Positions 15,691 to 64,000 of a stretch of DNA of 64,000 bases are shown here, in pieces. The notes below the pieces were generated by a model, which was not told where the DNA came from, searched no databases, and saw only the letters and a program-made list of their open reading frames with translations. The DNA is from Eledone cirrhosa. Lineage: Eukaryota. The DNA lies in NCBI GenBank assembly GCA_964016885.1, contig OZ024742.1, forward strand, positions 63,488,001 to 63,552,000, read 5' to 3'. The position numbers were made by a program, and so were the translations under genes. Every line of letters begins with the position of its first letter. Positions within the stretch are counted from its first letter, which is position 1.

Positions 15691-56793
<41,103 letters not shown>

Positions 56794-56836
56794 GGAACTG
56801 ACATTTTGGAAAACTGCTTGATTTCACATAGATTAG

Positions 56837-56842
56837 AATAAA
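56837..56842 (+). promoter_or_regulatory. Candidate polyadenylation signal AATAAA of ovoA
   Basis: First AATAAA, 44 nt after the stop; AT-rich context lowers specificity. Confidence 0.4.
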
Positions 56843-57319
56843 CTACATACGTATATACATACATCACACATATATATATATATATAGGGGGAGAGAGAAT
56901 AGAATTACAAGCTTTCATCATATATTGACTACAGAAAATTGTCTACTATTAGGGCATATGAACCTCCATACCAAAACAGGTTGGCCAAATGTTCAATTGC
57001 CATTGCATTCTAATTCACACACATGTTTATATATATATATGTGTGTGTGTATGTGTGTGTGTATATGTGTGTGTGTGCATGTGTGTGGTAGAAATGTGGT
57101 GAGTGGAGAGAGACTGTGCTGAAAAGGACCCATCAAATCCATGCAAGCATGGAAAAACATGTATAAACGATGATATACAGAAGTTTCAAACACAATATTA
57201 TATATATATATATATAATCAGTAAAAAAAAAAAAAAAAGAGTTAGTTGATTTGTGATCAACTGATTCTTATATATAACAGATGCCAAGTACTCACCGGTG
57301 TCAATTTATCCGGAGTATT

Positions 57320-57800
57320 ATCATAATAATTGTTTCTATTTTTGGCACAAGGCTAGCAATTACTCCAGTGCATTACTGGTACTTTATTTTATGAACCCCA
57401 AAAGGATGAAAGGCAAAGTTAACCATAGCGAGATTTGATCTCGAACCGTAAAGGGACGTAACTCTATGCTGCAAAGCATGTCTTACTCAACCGATAATTA
57501 TTTCTACTTTTGGCACAAGGCCAGCAATTACCCAGTACATTACTGGTACTTTATTTTATCGACCCCGTAAGGATGAAAGGCAAAGTTAACCTCGGCGGGA
57601 TTTGAACTCAGATCATAAAGGGACGTAACTCTATGCTTCAAAGCATGGTGTCCGACTCTCTACCGACACTGCCAATAATAATAGTAATAAATGAAAGATA
57701 TATACTTTATATCTTCTCTATTTATTTCATTATATATATTTTGAAGTACCAGTAATGCACTGAATAATTGCTGGCCTTGTGCCAAAAGTAGAAATAATTA
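57320..57800 (-). mobile_element. SINE copies (two minus-strand, one short plus-strand tail)
   Basis: Same family core. Confidence 0.8.
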
Positions 57801-57912
57801 TATATATTTTGAAGACGTAGAAAATATATAAACCTCAGATAAAATACATAGAAAATGTATAATGTTTTCATGATATGCTGGTATGTCTACCAGCATATCG
57901 TGAAAAAATTAT

Positions 57913-58123
57913 AGTGTATTTGGCAATACACTGCATGCTTAATTAAAAGCATTTTGAAGACCTTACGCTATTGTTTTAAAGTAGTGACTATGTCAACAAA
58001 TCTCAGCTTATCTCCCTTTGTTTGTTAAAAAAAAAGTGGGTGACATAGTCACTACTTTAAAACAATAGTGTAAGGTCTTCAAAATGCTTTTAATTAAGCA
58101 TGCATTGTATTGCCAAATACACT
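57913..58123. repeat. Inverted repeat, 83-bp arms (57913-57995 / 58041-58123), 45-nt spacer
   Basis: Reverse-complement match with 2 mismatches seen. Confidence 0.9.
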
Positions 58124-59060
58124 CTATGTGCATTCATATACACATCGCTATTTCAGAGCACCAATTCTAATATATATATATATATATATAATGTGGGTAA
58201 TATTAAATATTATCCAATTACAAGTATGAAAATCTCTCAATGTAAAATAACAAGTATACTACAGGGCCAAAATACTTTATAAATAACAATCAAAGAGTGT
58301 TTAAAACATTTAATAACTTTCGATCGTTTCGTCCTAGCACAAGGCTGATATCATCGGAGTAGATAATAAAGGTCAAAACAAATATAATATCAGAACTTTG
58401 TCACAAGAACATTAGAATTATACATAATATGGGAAGTAAGCATAAATATCAACATTTATATAAGATAGCAAAGGTAGAAGAAGCATATGAAAAATATGAG
58501 TATATAAATGCAATAAAATTAGCAGATAAAAGCATTAAAAATTAAAAAAAAACATGCTGCTAAAGAAAGGTTAAGTACAGTGAAAGACATATATCATAAG
58601 CAGTAAATAAACATATATCATAAGGATTAAAAATTAATAAAGTTAATAAGAGCAGGTATGCAGTTCAAATATAAATTAAATTTTTTTTAAATACATCTCC
58701 AAAAGATATTTTTAATAATGCATATAAAAAGTTCGACTACGTAATTCAGTCATAATAATTAACTATTAAAAACAAATAACGAAACGAAATTAAATTTCGT
58801 TTCATTTGTAACTCACTTTTGTATGACTGACGCTTAAACAATTAAGTTAAAGATGTACATCCACATATGTATACTGAAATACTAGTATGCATATGAATAC
58901 ACACACGTATACATATGTAGATGTACCGAGTTTTTCACTGGTCACTTTACTGTGAGTGTCCAGCTATTCTGTATGTAAACACACAGACAAACCGGTTTTT
59001 AGAGTCATACTGGTTTTTGAGGAAACACCTTTCCTCTATTCTCCAGAAAGCCAGGCAAGG

Positions 59061-59105
59061 AATATTGAACTAGTTTCGATGTTGTTACATCTCATCAGCA
59101 ATATT
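59061..59105 (-). ncRNA. Intact minimal type-I hammerhead ribozyme, copy 1
   Basis: Minus strand: aatattg-CTGATGA-gatgt-aaca-acatc-GAAA-cta-GTT-caatatt. Confidence 0.88.
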
Positions 59106-59526
59106 TACCTATCTTCCGGCCTCTCTAGAGAATCGTAAAAGCACATATCGTTATATGCTTTTTCTATGAAAATTAGTAGTGGGCAGACTAATTTGCATAG
59201 AGCGTGAGTACGTACCGGTTCAACGGAGACGATAAAAACAAATAACGAAACGAAATTAAATTTCGTTTCATTTGTAACTCACTTTTGTATGACTGACGCT
59301 TAAACAATTAAGTTAAAGATGTACATCCACATATGTATACTGAAATACTAGTATGCATATGAATACACACACGTATACATATGTAGATGTACCGAGTTTT
59401 TCACTGGTCACTTTACTGTGAGTGTCCAGCTATTCTGTATGTAAACACACAGACAAACCGGTTTTTAGAGTCATACTGGTTTTTGAGGAAACACCTTTCC
59501 TCTATTCTCCAGAAAGCCAGGCAAGG

Positions 59527-59571
59527 AATATTGAACTAGTTTCGATGTTGTTACATCTCATCAGCAATATT
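59527..59571 (-). ncRNA. Intact minimal type-I hammerhead ribozyme, copy 2
   Basis: Identical to copy 1, 466 bp away. Confidence 0.88.
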
Positions 59572-59997
59572 TACCTATCTTCCGGCCTCTCTAGAGAATA
59601 GAGGAAAGGTGTTTCCTCAAAAACCAGTATGACTCTAAAAACCGGTTTGTCTGTGTGTTTACATACAGAATAGCTGGACACTCACAGTAAAGTGACCAGT
59701 GAAAAACTCGGTACATCTACATATGTATACGTGTGTGTATTCATATGCATACTAGTATTTCAGTATACATATGTGGATGTACATCTTTAACTTAATTGTT
59801 TAAGCGTCAGTCATACAAAAGTGAGTTACAAATGAAACGAAATTTAATTTCGTTTCGTTATTTGTTTTTATCGTCTCCGTTGAACCGGTACGTACTCACG
59901 CTCTATGCAAATTAGTCTGCCCACTACTAATTTTCATAGAAAAAGCATATAACGATATGTGCTTTTACGATTCTCTAGAGAGGCCGGAAGATAGGTA

Positions 59998-60042
59998 AAT
60001 ATTGCTGATGAGATGTAACAACATCGAAACTAGTTCAATATT
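59998..60042 (+). ncRNA. Intact minimal type-I hammerhead ribozyme, copy 3 (in the inverted segment)
   Basis: aatattg-CTGATGA-gatgtaacaacatc-GAAA-cta-GTT-caatatt. Confidence 0.88.
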
Positions 60043-60723
60043 CCTTGCCTGGCTTTCTGGAGAATAGAGGAAAGGTGTTTCCTCAAAAACCAGTATGACT
60101 CTAAAAACCGGTTTGTCTGTGTGTTTACATACAGAATAGCTGGACACTCACAGTAAAGTGACCAGTGAAAAACTCGGTACATCTACATATGTATACGTGT
60201 GTGTATTCATATGCATACTAGTATTTCAGTATACATATGTGGATGTACATCTTTAACTTAATTAATTAACTATTATTTTTCAAACTATTCAAAGGAATTA
60301 ATGTTGAGTAAGTATAATCAGCAAAGTAAAAATCAAATATAAATTTAAGTGTTATCAAGACACATCATCAAAAAAGTACCACATATTTGAATAGAGGGGA
60401 GAAAGTCATATTTGCTAAACCATAAAGAACTCCATATTAACAAGGAGTTTAAAAATGTATCCTTAAATAGCGGGTAATACTAAATAAAAATAAAAGGGAG
60501 ATAACTCATATAAAACATTCTATAAGAGAGCTTCAATTTATTAAAAAGGAAAACAAAGATTTAGTATGTCAAAATGTAACAACTTAAACATTTTTATTTA
60601 GGGCTAATTATAGAACTAAAGAATTATTTTAATATATTTACAAAGTACAGATAAAAAATTGCTATGTATTATTAAAAAATGATATACATAATATGGTAAA
60701 TAATATTAAAGGATAAAGAATTA

Positions 60724-61275
60724 TCTATATATCTAAAACAGAGAATGTCTGCCTGTCTGTCTGACTCCTAAAACTCGAGAACAACCCAACCGATTGTTTT
60801 CAAACTTTACACATGTAATACTTATAGTCGTGTGAGTGTTTTGAGCAAAAACAATTTCGAATTTTCAATGCCTTAGGGACCGCATTAGGCGGAAAAGCGA
60901 TCTCTCTCTCTCTCTTTTAGATAGATACATAGATATAACGTCGCAGCCTTATAATATCTGTCTGGCTGTCTGCATTACGATATTATGACGCTGTGTGTGT
61001 GTGTATATATGTATATATATATAGTGTGTGTGTAACGTTTTTCGAAATATTTACTTCTGCGTTCACAGACTGATTTTTTTTAGTTTCAGAAGATCCCGTT
61101 AAGGGTGAAAGCAGCGATTCTTTGCTTAAACTTTAATCTGTTATTTTAATATATATATATATTCGTGTACAGATATTTTTACATACACAGTAACAATATA
61201 TAAACGAGGCTCGATATATCAAATATATAAGAACCCTAGAGCAAATCCCGAGCAACGCCGAGCCATTCTGCTAGT
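60724..61275 (+). mobile_element. Non-autonomous Helitron-like element
   Basis: 5' a|TCtatatatctaaa; 3' 'cccgagcaacgccgagccattctgCTAG|t' resembles the end of 9068-9870. Confidence 0.7.
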
Positions 61276-61558
61276 ACTAGTTAATTATTTAATTAATTAT
61301 GTAAGTATTGAAAAGATACTACTAAAAAATATAGAGTGAGGCAATAGTTAATATATAGTATAATATTAGCAGAAATAAATACAAATATAAGTGGGGCTTG
61401 TTAGAAATAATATAATAAAATAATAATAAGATGCCTAAATTTTATCTTTGTTATCTTATCTTATATAAATGTTGATGCTTATTTCCCATATTAAGTATCC
61501 TCCTAATGTTCTTGTGACAAAGTTCTGATATTATATTTGTGTTTTGACCTTTAATATC

Positions 61559-61605
61559 TACTCTGATGATTCCGGTCTTGTGCTAGGATGAAACGATTGT
61601 AAGTG
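61559..61605 (+). ncRNA. Hammerhead-like motif in the right arm of the 58280-61640 element; decayed mirror copy at ~58315-58362 (-)
   Basis: tact-CTGATGA-ttccggtcttgtgctaggat-GAAA-cgattg-TA-agtg. Confidence 0.6.
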
Positions 61606-61639
61606 ATTAAATGTTTTAAACACTCTTTGATTGTTATTT

Positions 61640-61689
<50 letters not shown>

Positions 61690-62437
61690 TATAATTAAGT
61701 TATTAGGTTTTAATTCAGCACAATAATTATTCTGGGGATAGACTGACCAATTACTTTTTGTGGCTATGGAAACCTTTGATGTCCACAATCCTTTGACTGC
61801 CATTGTCCTCCCTCAGATCAGGTTGAGAGCATTGTGGCCTGAGGAAGAGGTTCAGTGAGATGGAATGGATAATTCAGTGGATATCATTGACTGTTCTTCA
61901 TGGCAACACTTTTACTATCTTGTTTGTGGGGCACATCTAAGATATGCTGTCCAGTAAAGAGTGTACAATTTGCTCGCCCACACTTTTTCTCTGTCTATTA
62001 ATTGTTTCAAAAATTCTAAATAATGATTATTAAAGCTTCTAATTGTATATTATCATTTTATATTGGATTATGCCAGTTTCTATAACCACCATTTTAACAC
62101 ATTATTACTTTAATACAACATTATCAATTTAATGCAACATTATCACTATAATAAAATAATTCCACTATAATACAATATTATCCCTATAATTAAACATTAT
62201 CACAATTATGCAATATTATCACTTTACCATTTTGATTGATATTTCTATAATAATTCATTAAACCCTCATTTGATGGGCATTTTTTCTTATCTGTTCTTTT
62301 CTTGTTTGTTTGTTTTACTTTTCTTTGGGCAACATTTTGTTATTTGTAACATTTTTCAATAAATTATTATTAATATTATTGTTGTTGTTATTTTTCTATG
62401 CTTTCATTATTATTATTATTTCTATTATGAAGGACAA

Positions 62438-62660
62438 TGGATTGGCAGTCATTAGGGTGTTAAACAAAATGCTTTGTAATATTTGTTCTAGCTCTTTACA
62501 TTCTAGGTTCAAATCCTGCAAGGTTGATGACCTTTCATCCTTCCTGGGTAAGATAAGATAAAGTACCAGTCAAATACTGGTGTCAGTATAATTGACTCCT
62601 CCCCCTCCTCCAAAAAACAAAAAAACATTTGCTGGATTTTGCCTAAATTTGATATCACCA
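62438..62660 (+). mobile_element. Degenerate SINE copy
   Basis: 'ggttcaaatcc...cctttcatcct...aaagtaccagt'. Confidence 0.7.
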
Positions 62661-64000
62661 TCATGATGATGATCATCGTGTTTTCAAAAGCTTCATGCAA
62701 GTTTCTTATGCACCACCAAACACACCTGAGGCGTGTATTTGGGGGTGTAGAATTGTGTGCTATATCTGCCTTGCTTTGTTGTGAGATTTCTTTTGTTTCT
62801 GGTGTTACTTTTGTGTTTTGTCTATTTGTTGTGTAGACCGTGTGTGTAATGTGAGTTGTGTTATTGTGTTGGGTAAGGATTGTGCTCCATATGTGAATTG
62901 TGCATTTTGTATGTGTTGTGTGAGTTGTACTATATTATAGTGTGACAAATGAAAAGATTTTGTGAGTTGTTGCTAGTGTGTAAGATGTATTATAGTATTG
63001 GGTGTCAATTATGTATGATTTATGCCCATCATCATCATCATTATTCATAGATTTTCACGCTGTTGGCATAAGTAGGACAGGTTACTGCAGTATGAGACTA
63101 GACACTTCCTATCACTAACCACTGTACAGAGTGTACTGTGTGCATTTTATCATGGCATCAGCACTAGGGAAGATGTCACACTCTTCACACAACTGTCTTC
63201 TCAACCCATTTTTGGCTGGGTTTTTTCTATGGCTGAATGCCATTCAAAAACAAAAAAGTACTGTACCATTTGCAATGTTTGTTTTTATATGAAATAAATA
63301 AAATTAATAGAGTGTTTGAAGAGTAGCTTACAAAAATGATTAGTTATTGAATTTGTACATTAGCAAAGAAAATTCTATAAATCCGTAAGTTATAGGGACT
63401 ACCATAATTTAACTTAACCCATTTGACATTAAACTACCTAAATCAGTTCTGGTTCTATGATACAAAACTGTTGTTTTTCAGTTTTTATATTTATCTAAAA
63501 CCTTCCACCATAATTTTAGGTAAAAACCTTTGTTAAGAACCAGCTTAAACAATACTTGAAATAGTTGTAGAATTAATGTACTATTAAGCCGAATTACACG
63601 GTACTTGCTGAAGTTTGCATTAATACATTGAAGAAAAAGTTAATTCAAATATAATAAATGACATATTTAAAACAAGTACGGAAAAAGAAACAGATGAGTA
63701 AGTTAGTTATATTACTATATCACTTCAAACTCTTGATTATTTTTGAAATGATTTGAAAATTATAGGCAGTATCTTTTATTAAAAAAAAATATGGTAACAA
63801 AAGGGTTAAATGTATTTACTTTAATTGCAAAACAAAAATAGATACATAAAATATATTGTAAGAAAACTATTCTTATATCTGGCAACTTTATTCATGTGAA
63901 CCTTGTAGGTGATGTGAACTGAGTTTTTCAATACTTGTTTGCAGTATTGTTAGTAAGAAAGGATGATCGCATCTGTTTATTATACAAAGGAGAGAACACA

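Larger units (their letters stand above)
58769..60262 (-). mobile_element. Retrozyme-like insertion: tandem 466-bp monomers plus an inverted segment, flanked by the 13-bp duplication TAATTAACTATTA
   Basis: Copies start at 58767 and 59233; inversion 59594-60263; duplication at 58756-58768 and 60263-60275; three HHRs; no credible ORF. Confidence 0.85.
58280..61640 (+). mobile_element. Old AT-rich element with ~200-bp inverted HHR-bearing arms (58280-58487 / 61431-61640), hosting nested insertions
   Basis: Arms match as reverse complements; (TA)n on both sides. Confidence 0.7.

Noticed and set aside
58956-59138. 60-aa ORF repeated on both strands (also 59965-60147)
   Set aside because: GTG start, antisense to the HHR strand, repeated only because of the duplication/inversion

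Overview
AT-rich, microsatellite-rich eukaryotic DNA; the SINE/LINE repertoire suggests a coleoid cephalopod (Octopus-like), which is an inference. The window holds one complete multi-exon gene on the + strand, reconstructed by hand: ovothiol synthase OvoA. It has 18 coding exons from 15691 to 56793, all with GT-AG introns and matching phases, giving about 742 aa with a DinB-like HX3HXE iron site, an FGE-sulfatase domain and a divergent C-terminal SAM-methyltransferase domain. The rest is repeats: an 8.1-kb AAC-rich minisatellite, a 37-bp satellite, many tRNA-derived SINEs, R4/Dong-, RTE- and Tx1-like LINE fragments, two non-autonomous Helitrons and a hAT fragment. The most striking signal is a set of hammerhead-ribozyme (HHR) retroelements. 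(i) A young Penelope-like element (RT + GIY-YIG) has 1.27-kb near-perfect inverted arms, each ending in a minimal type-I HHR. (ii) A non-coding 466-bp tandem retrozyme-like insertion downstream of the gene has three identical intact HHRs, a fold-back inversion and a 13-bp target-site duplication. (iii) Older relics share the layout (TA)n-tail-arm...arm-HHR-(TA)n. Most short ORFs in the supplied track are spurious.
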